Origin: Podarcis pityusensis | Lineage: Eukaryota | Reading direction: 5' to 3' (one strand) | Assembly: GCA_964106645.2 (NCBI GenBank) | Contig: OZ067043.1 | DNA: 64,000 bases | Shown: positions 28,001 through 42,430 of the stretch, piece after piece | Numbering within the stretch: position 1 is the stretch's first letter | How the letters are laid out: every line of letters begins with the position of its first letter | Notes under the pieces: model-generated | Databases searched by the model: none | What the model was told of the DNA's origin: nothing | The model's input: only the letters and a program-made list of their open reading frames with translations | Program-made: the position numbers and the translations under genes

Positions 28001-30345
28001 TCTCAAAGAGTATATATGTTTAAATATGGATTTTCCTTGTTTGGTAGACATATTCAGCATTACAAACAGCTCTTGCACTATCTGAATACAGGCTGTGTGA
28101 AGAGACAATCACCTTTCATCCCTTCCCTTTTTTCTTCATTTCTTGCTATTAGGAAACCATTCACAAGTGCAACCATGAACAATGTTATGCAGTAATTATG
28201 ACTACATGACAAAGAGATGTGAACAATTACTGAGGCTGTTTTGAAACCCTATACTAATAAAGTCATTAGATGCTGCCCTTGCCATGATCCTTCTAAAAGC
28301 TTCTGAAGTTACAAGAACACACAGCATTGTTTGTAGGGACAATTGCTGCTGGCAGAATGCAAACCTTGAGTTTAACCATGCTTCAAATTGATCTTGACAT
28401 TCTGTTAAGACCACCACTAAAATCAAAAGCAAAGGAGAAAAGGAGAAAATGAGCGGGTGGGATATAATCAAGAAACAGGAGGGTTCCCTCCTCAACTTCT
28501 CTCCTCTGCTTCTTCTACAAAACAAGCCACAGACAAAATGACAAACTTGCCTGGTAGTAAATCTTTATTTCTTAAAACATTAATTAGACTCCTGACCCGG
28601 GCACCTTTAAGCACCTTTGATAATTATGTTGTTGTAAGTAAATTGAACTGTGTTTAAATTATTATAGACAAAATAGAAGCAATTTTTGACAAACTTAGAC
28701 AAAAGTCTAAGAATGGACTGCTATCTAAACAGCAACAGATCCAATTCTTTTGCAAGTTACCTCTTGCTGAATTTTATTTCATTCCATGAGAAGCCATCAG
28801 AACTGAAGGCAAGTGAGTGATGCTTAAACTGGCTGCTGTATTTTTCATGTCTTCCAACTAAATCACAAAGTGACTTTGATTTAGAACATGTATTTGACTT
28901 AAAATGGTTCTCTCCCACTTTCTCTACTGACTTAAAAACATTCAGAAGTGGCACAGACCAGACTAAAAGGGCATCTGTCATCACTTGCATGTGAACGGAG
29001 ACCAGTGCATACAAAAGCAGTAAATATACTGGTTTTCATTCAGATGAACTAGCAAAAAGGATGTATGATCTGTGAATCTGGCTAATTATTTGGTCACAGA
29101 AATAAGGAAATGTGTATGTCAATTACCCCTTTCTTAAGCTGAGACACTAAAGGAGAAAGAAACATTTTAAAATTAAGACTAGCAAGCACCGGCCAAGGAA
29201 AAGAGGATTTGAAATATTGTACCCAAAACATGTGTTTGGTCAATGAGCTTGATCCTGAATTGCTGATGAGTTATAACAATGTGCATAGAAACAGATATGA
29301 TTCTTCAGTAGCTGCTATTATTTAACTTGGATTTTATTGAACTTGATAAATTATTTGTGGCTTTGTTGGTTTTATATGGTTTATGTCAACCACTTTGGGT
29401 GCAAGAATAATAACCTTTATTTGCTGCTAACAATAATAAGGCCATCAGGTAAGGATGAGCATCAGTGCTCCACTGTGGACTTCCTGGCCCCACATAATCT
29501 CTTTCAATCCTCCATCATAATGAGAGGAAGGTAAAATGCAGTTTTAGGTCTGACTCCTTCTGCAGATAATAGCGGCTCTGAATAAAGGCTGCAGAGTGAG
29601 GAAATGGAGGGAGAAAGAACCAATAGGCTGCAGTAGTAATGCACCTGGTTTGGCAATCCAATTGTCCGCTGTTCAAATTGGGCTCTACTTTGTGGAAATA
29701 TGCATACAATAGCTTGGATTCTAAGAAAAGCGAGCAGAAGGAAGTTCACAGAAGGAAAGGTCCCTTCCTCCCCTATCCCAGCAGCCACCTCTGCTATCAC
29801 CAGCTTCTCCAGAGGATCAGGGGCTCCTCCTGAACAACATGGAAAAAGGTATGATGGGGGTTTCTGGAAGAGGGAGAACCCACCAAAAATCATGTCTGAC
29901 CCTCCAGGTAGGAGGAACAATTTTTCTATGAATGTCTTTCCACCCACTTAAGAGTCCAAGACATTTGCTTTAATTTTCAATAAAATATCTAACCTTAATC
30001 TGTCCTCATACCACCAAAGTGACAGGTCCATATTAAGTTAACAGATATTTGTAGATACACATAACAAAGTCTATCAACAATCATAGCCATTTTTAATATA
30101 TTGTGTTGGGAAGATAGTAATTTAATATTACCCCATCTGTTAGATTTATATTGAAGTAGCCTTCACAATTTTCATGTGATAGCACTATGGTCTCTAGTTA
30201 GCAATTCTTCACTATCCCAATGCTGCATGAATAACCCTGCAGCCTAAGAGTAACCTAAAGTTATATGTATATATTAAGTATTAATTGTATTTTGACCTTC
30301 CCTATGCTCCACCTAGAATGGAAGCATGGCTGGGAGAGAGAAGAG

Positions 30346-30640
30346 AAGGCTCTCTCAGTGGCTGCACCCAATATCTTACCTCATGAAATGTGGCTGGCAC
30401 CCTCTGTCATTGTTTTTCACTGGTTGTTGAAGACTTTTTTTTTCTGGCAGGCTTTTCTTTTATGAGGTAGACAATGTTGTAATGATTTTTTAAAAACTGC
30501 TGATGTCATCTCTTTTGAAAAGTTTTTTTGCTCGTTTTATTAAATCACAATCTTTATAGGCTATAAGACACTCTGAGTAGAGTGTATTTATACAAGAAGG
30601 CTAGTTATAAATGCTCTAATGAAATAAAATTAAATAAAAA
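30346..30640 (+). mobile_element. L2 3'-end remnant; similar remnants near 5694-5900 (+), 18920-19035 (-) and 23189-23710 (+)
   Basis: aggctctctcagtggctgcaccc...ttgaagacttttttttctggcaggctttt follows the L2 3' consensus pattern. Confidence 0.55.
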
Positions 30641-30802
30641 ATAGTTTGTTTATATATAGCCATTTGAAAACTGCTATACAATAATTCCTTTGTCATAAAC
30701 TGATAGCAAAACCCAAAAGTGTAAGCTTAAGCATCTTATTGTATTTCACAATCAGGTTTTAGATCCATTGAGAAGAGCTATAAAGCCTTAAACAAGCCCT
30801 TT

Positions 30803-30966
30803 NNNNNNNNNNNNNNNNNNNNNNNNNNNNNNNNNNNNNNNNNNNNNNNNNNNNNNNNNNNNNNNNNNNNNNNNNNNNNNNNNNNNNNNNNNNNNNNNNN
30901 NNNNNNNNNNNNNNNNNNNNNNNNNNNNNNNNNNNNNNNNNNNNNNNNNNNNNNNNNNNNNNNNNN
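30803..30966. other. N-block, 164 nt
   Basis: Run of n in the sequence. Confidence 0.99.
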
Positions 30967-32616
30967 AAAACACAACAAAGCAATGACATGCCTGTTGATT
31001 GTCAGTCATAAAAAAACCTCCCTCAAACACAGATTTTCAAAAGAAACTACACTGCAATTTTTTGTCATTGTAAAATAAAAGAAACTAGAGAATTAAACAG
31101 AGACTAGAACAATACAACAGCAGGCAGTCGACTGAACTTAGCCACTGCAGATGGTTTAGAAATAGTGTTTCCTTCGACACCAAGTTGTGGGATAAAAGGA
31201 AAGGAGGGAACTCCCTACCCCCAGTGAATGGCAGCATGTAAGATTTAGCCCAATCTCTTGTCCACATATTTTGCCGTGTTAAAAAGCATAGTTACTTCAT
31301 TCATATCTGTGTTAGAAAGTACTTTTTATCCCTCTTTTCAATAGTAATTAAAACAATTAAAAGCATGGGTCAACACTGTGAGCTAATCTAAATTAAATTA
31401 AGATTATGGTAAATGCATCCAAGTAGTCTGTGGAGTATTATGCAAGAACATTGCATGTTTCAGTCTTAATTTGAAAAGTTAACTGCAATTAACTCATTTG
31501 TAAGTTACCGGGCGGCATGGTGGAGGAATGCACATGTCAGTGAACTAGTCCAATAGGAACACAAAACCATGTGATTTCTTAAGCGCTCTGTTTATATTAA
31601 GTAACAATTATCAATAGCAACATGGAATGAGACCATCCTTGAAGTTAATAAAAAGGAGATCAGCTACTACAATTTTAAGATCCTTCCATCATAAAAATAT
31701 ATAGACATAGGCTCATTGGTACATACAATATTTCTAAAGACTATCATGATGAATGACATAACCTGCACATTCCACCAGTTACAGAAAACTTTGGTAAGGA
31801 ACTATTGCCAGCAGACAATTAAGTGCAATCTAAAGCCCAACAACTATATCACCATATGGGAAAACTTCTGCCTTTATTTATCACAATTAGGCTGCATTTG
31901 ACGAAAGTCAAATGGATCAGATTAAATCCAGTGTAGCAATTCTGGATGTTTTTCATATTACAAAACTTTCCCACATGAGCTCAGCACAGAGGCCCTTCAA
32001 ACTAAACTTCCTGTGGTGTATTAAAAAACTATTAATAACAAAGAGACAGATGGGAAATGGGTGTTTGTAGACGGTTCTGGTATTACACTTACATATCTAT
32101 GCAATGCAATAGATTCTATACAGTTCATCGGGATGTGTGAACAGGTTGCAACTTGCTTACACCCTACAGGTCCATCCCACTGCTTTATTCTACCCCATAA
32201 CAGAAAGTTCTCTCCTTTCTAAAGTCCCCATCCCAGACACAACAGATCACTGCATCAATCTGCAGGAGGTTTGTTACACTTCCTTCTTAAACCACCATTG
32301 AACTCATTCTCCAAGTCTGAATCTTTATATAGCCAAACTGGCACCACCACACACAAAGGGGAAGTATCATCAGGTGTGGAGAGAACCCAACGGTTTCCAC
32401 CCAAAATGAAAAATCTTTAGGAAAACACAACCCTGAGGAAGAAACCACAAAACAGGTAAAAGAGGACTTGGTATGTTTCAGTCGGCACAGATTGCTGATT
32501 TAGTATTGGGGGCTAATAGACAGAAAATCAAGTGGAGGAAAAAGAATAGGACAGAGTATGTGCTGAAAGAAGGCGTGACTGGTAGGCTAGAAATCTGAAC
32601 TGAAGAAGGCCACACT

Positions 32617-33053
32617 GGCCCAGTTCACATTATATATTAAGCCATAGTTAAAATAAACTATGAAATAAACAATGTGAATGAGCAGCATGCTAGTGCCTGC
32701 TTCTCAAAAGTGGATGCATTTCAAAAGTCCACATTATGCTGCTCCCCTGTTCCAGCTATGCTGGTGAGGAAACAAGTCAGACTCTGGCTTCTCATTAAGT
32801 ATACCTGCACTCATGGTTGTTTCTCTCCAAGATTTGTTCTTGGCTTAACACTCATGGATTGTTTAGGTGAAATAATCTACATATTTTTCCACACAGGGAA
32901 CAGCAAGCTAGTTAGTTTCCTTCCTGGCATGGAAGCAGCAGGAATGGAAGAAGAGTGAAGAATGGGCATTTGAGCAGTGTGTACCAGCAAGCTCATTCAC
33001 ATTGAACTATAGTTTATTTTAACTACGGTTTAATATGATGTGTGAATCAGATC
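32617..33053. mobile_element. MITE-like element with ~70-bp imperfect TIRs
   Basis: Left ttaagccatagttaaaataaactat...aatgtgaatgagc pairs with right gctcattcacatt...atagtttattttaactacggtttaa. Confidence 0.7.
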
Positions 33054-33499
33054 ACCGCAACTCTTTGTTGAAGGTTCCACTTGCTGATAATATGCTTTCC
33101 AGGTCTTCACCGAGTGATGGTGACTCTACATTTAAAATCCTCCAAGGCACCAGAAAAGGATGCAGTCATAATGCCTCTCACTCAGATATTTCACTGGTTC
33201 TCTTGCTCATTCTCCTCATTCACCTACTAACCCTGGCAGACAGGAGGAAGAGAATGGCCCAGGAGACTTGTAAATGAACAGAGTGGGAAGGGTGTGTTGG
33301 ACGCACAGTGGCTGCATCCCGAGAACATTAGCCTGTGAAAAGTAAATCACTGAACAATGTAAGATAAAGGCGGGGGGGGGGGAGCAGTCCCAAAATCTAT
33401 TATTTAAACAGACGGTATACTATGTAACATATATTATAAAGATACACTGAGTTTCTTGAGTTCTTAAAACAGTTTAATATTCAACTCCAAATTATTTAC

Positions 33500-33654
33500 C
33501 TTGCTCTGTTTGCTTCTTTTGTCATATCCCATGCCCAGGTTATGAAGTTCTGACTAAGGTAGGAGACGATAGATTCAGCACAAAGCATTTGAGAACAGAA
33601 CACGTTGGTTAGCACACTTTCATCATGGTGGAGGTAGACAGCAAGCAGCTTTCT
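33500..33654 (-). CDS. FAF1: FAF1 coding exon (~exon 13, 155 nt; UAS domain)
   Basis: tttcAG|AGAAAG...GCAAG|GTaaat; encodes RKLLAVYLHHDESVLTNVFCSQMLCAESIVSYLSQNFITWAWDMTKEANRA(R); phase 0/2. Confidence 0.97.
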
Positions 33655-36183
33655 CTGAAAAACAGGGGGAAAGTGTTAGCATGATATTTTGATTTATTTG
33701 CCCACCACCACCACCACTTTCAGACATAAGTGAAATTTCTGTCTCAGCCCTAACCAAATATTTTGGAGGCATCCTATTGATATTGCTGGAACATCCTTTC
33801 AACAATCTCAGCACCCAGCACTCCGCTGCTGCTTCCATAGAAACAATTCTTTGTTTAATGGTATTTGGAGAGAAAGTGAATTACTCTATTCTTGCGATCA
33901 AGAACCCATGGCCAAAATGTTTATTTAAGAACATTTTTTTTCTACAGAAATAATAATGTTGTGACTATTATATAAAAAGAAGAAAAGCCATGTTTACATT
34001 CTGTCATGATCACCAAAATTGAATTTAGAATTTAATCAGTTGCAAATACTTACTACTGTACAACCAATAGCTGATTTTAATGCAATGGCATTAGGATAGG
34101 AGGTTTACTATGCATTAGGGAGAGGGAGAATTAAACAAGGGATGTAGCACCACATTTCCTTTTGTGCACAGCACCACAAAAAAAAAAGGATCTAGGGAAA
34201 TTGTGTATTCAAAACTTTCTCTGGATCTGGGGCAAAATCTCTCATTTATTTGGGTTGTAGTCCGATGGAAAGCGCATTCCGGTGCAAACTAATGCCTGAT
34301 TCCCAGGCCACATGGGTAAAATTATATTGTGCATTGGGTAACATCCATCTGTTCAAAAAAGGGATCCAGCAGAAAGGGGTGAGGCAAGGCAAGGCAATTT
34401 TCCCTTCCCCAAGCAGCTCACAATGCTACCTTCCACACTGTTCTGCAGGGTACCCAACTCTGGAGCAGCATGGGGGCTATATGGGAAAATGGCCTCACCC
34501 ACCACTAACCCCTCCACCCAAACTCCATTCATGGAAAGTCTCAATCTAACAGAGTATATTTATCTCATAACAACACTGATTTTTGTTTCAATTTCCTTTT
34601 TAAACTAACTAAATTGTTGAGTTTACAGTAAGTTTAATAATGTTACTCTAGCACACTATGCTATTGCTTTGTTTTACCCAACATCTCAGGGGAAATTGAT
34701 AACTATCAAATTGTCTAGATTCTGAATACGTTTGAAAATACAGTAGCTGATATAAAAAGAAAACTCACCAAAAAATTTCTGATACCACACAACTCATAGC
34801 TTGGAAATGTTATATAAAATTTTGCAACATAAAATTTCATTCATTTACAATTTAGATAAAGCTAAGCATTAATTTCACAGGTAGTTTCAAATTGTAATTT
34901 CATAGGTAGTTTTGTACTGCTGGCAGTTTCACAAGAAGCATTATTCCAGGAGGCTGCAGTGGCAAAGCCCACCATAGAAAGATGAGGTATAGTTCCGTTC
35001 CTAATAGTTCAGCTTCTGTAGACAGCAGACAAATTTAACTGAAACTTATTAAAATATTGTCCTGTAAATAAGCCCAAAAACATGACCAACCTGCAACTTC
35101 TTTCAATTAGCCTAAGAAAGTAGGAGCCTGTATTTCCATGGTGGAAATGTGGGCTTCATTTTGTAAGTGCCTTCTACCAAATGGACTGATGTGGGGAAGA
35201 TGTTTTGCTGGCTCCAGAAGAAGCGAATCCCATTCATCTGCTGCCAGCATGGAAACCAAGTGGGTTGGTGGAGCAGGGATGGCCTTGTCCACCAGTCTGC
35301 TCAATTTCCTTACAGCCTATGGCTACCTGGCAAGCTGCTCTGACATACGGCTATTAAACTGCTTCTTCTTTAAGAGACACGAGTAATAATGAGCAAGCAT
35401 ATTTCATGAAAACTATTGTCTTTTTATGATACATTCAAATCTGCCGCTCAAGGAATTGGCCAAGATGCAATTAACTCAAAACATAATGTGGGTTCTGAAA
35501 TTGTGATTCTGGAACACACTTTAAAAACAGTTTGCAATATGGCAAGAGGCAGGGGTTATAGGGAGTAAGAAATAGCATGGGGCATACCCAAAGTAACTCT
35601 TTGGATCAGAGCCAATGTATTTAACCAGCTAAAAATTGCCACTTAAAAATAAATATGTTGAATGCATAGAAACATCTGTTCTAACAAGATATTCATTTTA
35701 AATCAGCACATTTATAAAATACAGAGTTTGTGTAAGTCCTCAAAATCAATTTTAAAAGTATAAAACATTTCAACAGTAGACTTTGGAAAAGGGATTAGAC
35801 ATTTACATTAATGTTTGTCCGCTTTAATTTAAAAAGCGATTCAAAACCAAGTACACATGCACCAGAAAAGGCCACCAAAAAGCCTAACATGCACAGTTCC
35901 ATATAAGTGCAGCCAACAATGTTGACTGAAACTAAACTTGAAAATCCAGGGCACTAATGCACAATATCAGGCAATAAAACAGCATCTCAGTGGTGATATT
36001 TAATTTAAAAAAGAAGAAAGAGGCAGGAGAAGATCAGGCACTGTCTGTTTTGGAGGATCAGCCATTCTGCATTTCAAAGCGTGGATCTCTGCAATATCCA
36101 GGTTACTGTGCTAGAATCTCCACTATTATATAGCAGTTGTAAGAGAGGGAGGGCAAAGATGTGTTTACTCAGTGATTAGGGCC

Positions 36184-36339
36184 NNNNNNNNNNNNNNNNN
36201 NNNNNNNNNNNNNNNNNNNNNNNNNNNNNNNNNNNNNNNNNNNNNNNNNNNNNNNNNNNNNNNNNNNNNNNNNNNNNNNNNNNNNNNNNNNNNNNNNNNN
36301 NNNNNNNNNNNNNNNNNNNNNNNNNNNNNNNNNNNNNNN
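36184..36339. other. N-block, 156 nt
   Basis: Run of n in the sequence. Confidence 0.99.
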
Positions 36340-38329
36340 TCATTATTTTTTCCACAAGGAAACTTTAGGAAAGTGTTTAGTTAGAGAAAAACCCACATTG
36401 ACCTCTCCCTAAACCCTTAATCTTTCCTTTGTGGTGGGACTGCTTTGTGGTAAGCGGATGGCTTTGCTCTCCTCTTTTCATTGGGAGCAGAGAAAAAAAG
36501 GCTCTTGAGAAACTCCTTTCGTCCCAAAGAAACAACCCCATGAAACTGTTAAATATAAGATTCCATGTGAATGAACTTTCCAAAATATGTACAGTTTAAA
36601 GCTAGGAGTTGAGGCCAAATACTAGAAAACAAGGCAGGTGCACACTTTAGCATATGTAAATTAGGAAATGGCCAAAAATATTTAACTACCCCCATTTATT
36701 GATCGAAATGCCATTTGGATTTCAAATTCAGATCATTCAGTTTTGCCATTTCTGTCTGCAGTTGATTGGATTTGTAGCTGTTACATATTGGCACAAAGTA
36801 GAATCATATTCAGTCTATTGGCTAAAGGTGCCTTGGATTAAAAATATATATATACTAAAGATCCAAAAGCACTCTGGGGAGGAGATGTCTACCAAATCTC
36901 AAAACTTCCAATTTACCAACATTAATAATTTCATTTAAAATATACAGGCAACATTTAGCAATAGTATGTGTAATGATTTGAGTCTGTGTTTTTCCTAATA
37001 CCAAGAAACCTTGCAATTGCTACATTTCTACAAAAGAATCAATTAAAAACAAATCCACACAAACTGTTTTGGATGAAGCAGCAGCGAAATCGTAAAACAC
37101 GAGAAGAAACCATCAATCAAAATGCTGAGTGGTCTTGAGGAGGTTAGCTTTTCAGTGATCAAACTCCTTAGCAAAGTTCCCGGGAATGTATTAAGATAAT
37201 AGGAGCTTTGTCCCTTTAGATCTTCCTCTGTGAGGAAGTGAGGTAACAAGATTACTAAAAGGGCATTATCTGGAGAAAGTATTACTTGGAAGTGACACCA
37301 CTATTTAATTCTGAGGAAGATTTTTCTTAAAAGCACCTGAGCTAGCCGCCAAAATCCAAATGGCTCACAATGTGATTTGGGGGCCTAGCTTTTGAAAATC
37401 TTACCTGAGCTGTTGGCTTGAGTGAGTGAGGCTTAAAACATGCCTAAATTCTCTTAAATTCTGTTTGGTTAATTTTGGTTTGTTTAATTATTAAAATTCT
37501 ATTTAAGAGAAAAATTGAGAAATTACCATGGTTCAGTCATTAAATATCAGATATTAGTATCTGGCATGATCTCTTTCCCTAGTGCATTGTATCCTTTGGC
37601 AGACTTGCCTCAGAAAAGTACTTAATTTTTCAACCCAACAATCCTAAAAGGCAGAATATGCCACCATTTGAAATATATAGGCAGGTATCCCTTAATTTTG
37701 AAATGCTAATTGCTTCTGAATGTAGGTGAAGCTTGTTAAGAATTATAAATTATTCTTAAATCCAGTTTAATTTTCTGATCTTGCATTTGCAGCTATTCCC
37801 CCCCCCTTCCATCAGTCTTAAGAAACCAAAGAATAAAGGGTATTAATAATAAGGTATTTAGTCATCAGCCCAAGAACAGACCAGAACGACAGATAATATC
37901 GGAACAGAATAACAAAACAACTTTAATATCCACATTTTTCATTGTTTGTGGTCAAACTCTTTTTAATTTTAAGTACAAAAGTATGTAAGACTTGTTTTAT
38001 ATTAAATAAAAAATATGTATGGGGTGTTCTGTTGCAGAATAACTATGTGGCCAATAAGGACTCTGTAGTCCTTAATTTGGTACCTTGTGCTAGAGAAAGG
38101 TAGCAACTGTGAGAAGACGAGCTCTGCACATGCGAAGGGACAGCTGATTTGCTTGCATTATTGAAAGAAATGGGGAAGCTTGCTTACATATCACAAATGC
38201 ATGTGACAACGCGCATGGACTTCTAAACCAGAGACAAAAACCTAATTAATCAACACCAAATATTAGTTTGTGCTAGGGGATGTATGACCCTATTCAAAAC
38301 AGGCTATTGACCAATTATCTGGACTCAAG

Positions 38330-38930
38330 ACCCACCAACCCACAGGGCTTCCATCTTGCCAGTTTACTGGCCTTTATCTAGCCCATCACTGAGTCCTAGC
38401 ATCAGCCCAAGGATTGCGCAGCCTCTTGATTTGGCTATTTCAGATAAAAAGAGCTGGGTATCAGCAGCATACTGTTGACATTTCCCCCCAAGCCAAATGA
38501 TTGCTTTCAATGGCTTTATATGGATGATAAACAACATTAGGGACAAGATGGTACCCCACAGCACCCCAAGGCCCAGGGTGCCAAACGACAATCACCCAAC
38601 TGAAAATGACCAAACACCTTCAATATCTATCCCACCAAATCAGCTTGGAAGGATACCATGGTGGATGATATCAAAAGCCACTGAGAGATTAAGTAAAAAT
38701 AACAGGTTTGCGCTCTGCCTGTCCTTTTCCCAATAAAGGGAGTGACCAAGGTCAATTTAGTCCTATAACTAGGCCTAGATCCAGATTGAAATGGGTCAAG
38801 ATCATCTGTTTCATCCAAGAGTACCTGCAACTGTTGAGACACAACCCTCTCAATCACCTTCCCTGAAAAGGGAGTATTTGTGACCAGGCAGCAGTTGTCA
38901 CAGACCACTAGGAAAAGCATAGGCTTTTTC
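38330..38930 (-). mobile_element. Decayed L2/CR1-group LINE reverse-transcriptase fragment
   Basis: Minus ORFs contain GKVIERVV..QL, LDPFQSG(S)RP and QQYA(A)DTQL (degenerate YADD); frameshifted. Confidence 0.8.
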
Positions 38931-40973
38931 AGGTTTCAGGTAACATGTTTGAAGGATAATAGTCTTTTGGGAAAAGGAATTGCAGTGCTCAGCCAGGATC
39001 TGTAGGTGGTACTGAAGACCAAGTTGTTGCTGACTTGATTTGAAATCTTTTGTTTTTAACTTTTGACCTAAATGTTTGCATTTAAAGTAGGTGGTGTTGT
39101 TGTATTATACAGTGCATCCACATTGCTAGGCAAGCAGGGCCCAAGCAGACCAGAGTGCAGCAGCCTGCAGTTTAGTATCCAGGCCCTGAAAGCCAGAAAG
39201 GTGAGCAAACCGGCTTTCCCAGGCCCAGGGAGCCTGAGGGGGACAAGGGAAGGAAGGAGAAGAGGGAAAGCCCCATCACACAAGTTGTAGTCCTTGCACA
39301 AGGCTTCTGCTGACAGGGCTGCTTAGGCGGATCTTCTCTCTCAAATGTTATTTCTCCACATGCCATTCAACGTGATTTCACACAACCATTTTTAGCTCAC
39401 ATTTAACATCATGAAGTAGAACTAGGCAGCTGATAATTTCAGCACATTTAAAAATCGGAAGTACACAGATGAGTAAATTTGATAACCATCTTGGTGAATC
39501 ATTTTCAGCATCTAGATCTAAAGAACACATGATGAAGAAAACTCAAAACCAAGCAATAATTTCACTCCCCCCCAAAAAACCCAGTCTAAACCAACTAAGG
39601 ATTTAGGATCAATCAAAGATTCAGAAACTTTGTAAAATAAGGATAACTAAATCTGTTTTAACTAAGAGAACTGGTTTGCATAAATGTAGCCCTTTGCTTT
39701 CCCCTCTGTGATGACGTAAACACTCTTTTTAAAATATGATGCTACCTCATACTGAGTGAAGTAACCAGGTCCACCTAGACCACTACTCTGCTTGAACTAG
39801 CAGCACCTATCCACAGTTTCAGGTAGAAGTATTTTCCAACCCTGCCACCAGAGTCATTTAAGCGGAAATCCCAAGGATTGAACTGGGAACCTTCTGCATG
39901 CAGAACATGAGCTCAGCTGAAACACAAACACTCAACACATTTTTTACAAAATGTGTGACATCCTTGAGCTGCTTTATAGCATTCGGCCTACATTCATAAT
40001 CATTTTAGGCTTCAAAATTAATGCAGTTTCTTAATATTTTCATAGTAAAATTTCAACACACTTGCATTGTGATTACCATTTTGACCAGCTTTGTATATGT
40101 ATCACTTTCATAAAATGCTTGAAGTATTGCAAAATATATTACATGAATATACAGTATATATGAATATTTTCATTTAACCTATGAAATACACAAAATAAAT
40201 TTGGATTTTCTGCCCGTGGGCTAGGTTGGATGTGCATATGGATTAAGTTATTCTTATCTATTCTAACCACTCACCTCCAAGCAATGTGTGCGGCCTCAAA
40301 CAGATCATGTTGGCCACTGTGTTTATTTCAGTAAGTTGAAGTGAAGCATTATAGATGCCAATAGGTAATGTTTCCCTCTATCCACCTCAGGATTTGACTC
40401 ATAATTGATTCTCCCATCTGGTATTTGGGTTCAGCAGGAAAGCTTTGAGATTTAATTAATAATTTCAAAGCTTGAGTTCACTTTTGCTGGAGTTGCAATA
40501 TCATGATATTAGAATATTTTGCATCAGAATATTTGTTAAAAGAGATGCTGGAATTATTAAAGGTACAGTACTTCTTGCTTGCAGTTAAACATTCCAGTAT
40601 TTTTATTTTGGAAATGTTATCAGACTGTCAGACAGGCCTATTCTTTTAGCAATTAAAACGCTGCAAAAAGTAAAGCTGCAAAATCTGAGAATGGAGACAG
40701 AAATTTTATTGCAACAGCAAGAGTGAAACACATTTTTCACATCTGTTTCATCATCAATCAGTGATCACCTTAATATACTTTTGGAACATACAGAAGGTTT
40801 GCTGAATTCCAGATTTTGTTATCTGAATGGGTTATGGCACCTGGATGGTAGCAATATGGACCCCATTATGATTATTTGGCTCATCAAATTATGGATAATA
40901 GAGGATATGATTCTGCTTTGGATGTAAGGAAAACAGAAAAAAAATATATGAAAATAGGAAAACATTTACAGTA

Positions 40974-41310
40974 TATAATAGCCATATTCAAGTATCTAAA
41001 GGGCTGCCACATGGAAGATGGAACATATTTTTCTCCTGCTCTGGAGGGTAGGACTCAAACCAATGGATTCAAGTTACAAGAAAGGAGTTTCCGACTAACA
41101 TCAGGAAGTACTTTCTGACAGTAAGAGCCATTCAACAGTGGAACAGACTCCCTTGGGAGGTTGTGGAGTCTCCTTCCTTGGAGGTTTTTAAGCAGATGTT
41201 GGATGGCCATCTGTCAAGGATGCTTTAGTTGAGATTCCTGCATTGCAAGGGGTTGGACCAGATGACTCTGGGGGTCCCTTCCAACTCTGAAATTCTACAG
41301 TTCTATGATT
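40974..41310 (+). mobile_element. CR1 LINE 3' end, same family as 6109-6490
   Basis: Translates to IAIFKYLKGCHMED...RTQTNGFKLQE; ends ggtcccttccaactctgaaattctacagttctatgatt. Confidence 0.9.
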
Positions 41311-41639
41311 AATTTTTGATCTTAGATAATCCAGGGACACACTCTTGGCTTCCCAATAAAATTGTAATAGTGTGTACTTGTGGGAAAATGTTTCAGTTTG
41401 TGTTCTTCCTTTTCTGCATAGTTGCTAGAAATTAAGAGGGGGTGCTCAGCAACCATTTGTTCCCAAGGCAAATGCTGAGGGGAATAGATTTTGGATCTGA
41501 GAATATGTTGTCGGGGGGACTAAGTGGGGGAAATTAAATAAAATTAAATTTTAAAAGGCCAATTGAGAGTTAGCTTGCTCAGTGGACATTAAATGCGGTT
41601 GGCAAGGTAGAAAGCTGGTGGGAATAGAGTATCCTGGAG

Positions 41640-42430
41640 GGAGATAGTGAACAAAATAGTGTCACGGGGTCCCACTTGTATAACTGTGCTCATAAATCCA
41701 GGCAGCGCTGTAATCAATTTCATCTGCTGGAAGATCCTTTTGCCAGAAGCATTTATGAGGCATGTAAGGGTTTGATTTGAATTCGGTAACTTACCAGCCT
41801 GAAGCTGAATCCCAACATGGAAACATTGTGGGTGAGTGTTCTCAGGTTTGGGGATGAGGCTGCACAACCCACTAAACGAGCAGGTATGCAGTTTAGGGAT
41901 ACTCTTTGATCTACCATTGCCACTTGAAGCCCAGATGGCCTCAGTGTCCCAAAGTTCACGTTGCCAGCATTGCTGGTTCATCGGCTGCAATTCCTTGTGG
42001 ACAGGGATAGCTTAGCTATGGTGATTCATGTTCTGGTAACCTCCTGGCTAGATTATGTGTAGCTGCCATGAGATGTCCTGGAAGCATCAGTCAGTGTGGA
42101 ATTTAGCTGCTAGAATTTTGACGAGTACAGCCAGAGTCATTCAATATTACCCCTATTTTGAAAGATTTACACTAGCTGCTTGTTTGCATTAGAGCCCAAT
42201 TTCAAGTGCTGGTGCTTCCTTTTAAAGCCATAAATGGTTTGGACCTGAAGGTGTTCCTCTTTCTCTACTAGCCTATCCCTGTTTTAGGATCTTCTGGAGA
42301 GGCTCTGTTCCAAGTACCCTATTAAGCAGAAGTATGTTAAGCTTCCAGGAAGAACACATTTTTTTCTGTGGTGGTGCCCAACCTTGGAATGCCATCTGTA
42401 AAGAGGCACACCTAGCACTGAAATTACAAT
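41640..42430 (+). mobile_element. Decayed L2 LINE fragment (RT C-terminal to 3' end)
   Basis: gctatggtgattcatgttctggtaacctcctggctagattat is an L2 VIHALVTSRLDY-type motif; ends in an L2-like ttctgtggtggtgcccaaccttggaatgcc; boundaries approximate. Confidence 0.7.

Noticed and set aside
31505-31545. ccgggcggcatggtgg resembling a 7SL/Alu 5' end
   Set aside because: The similarity is short and does not extend.
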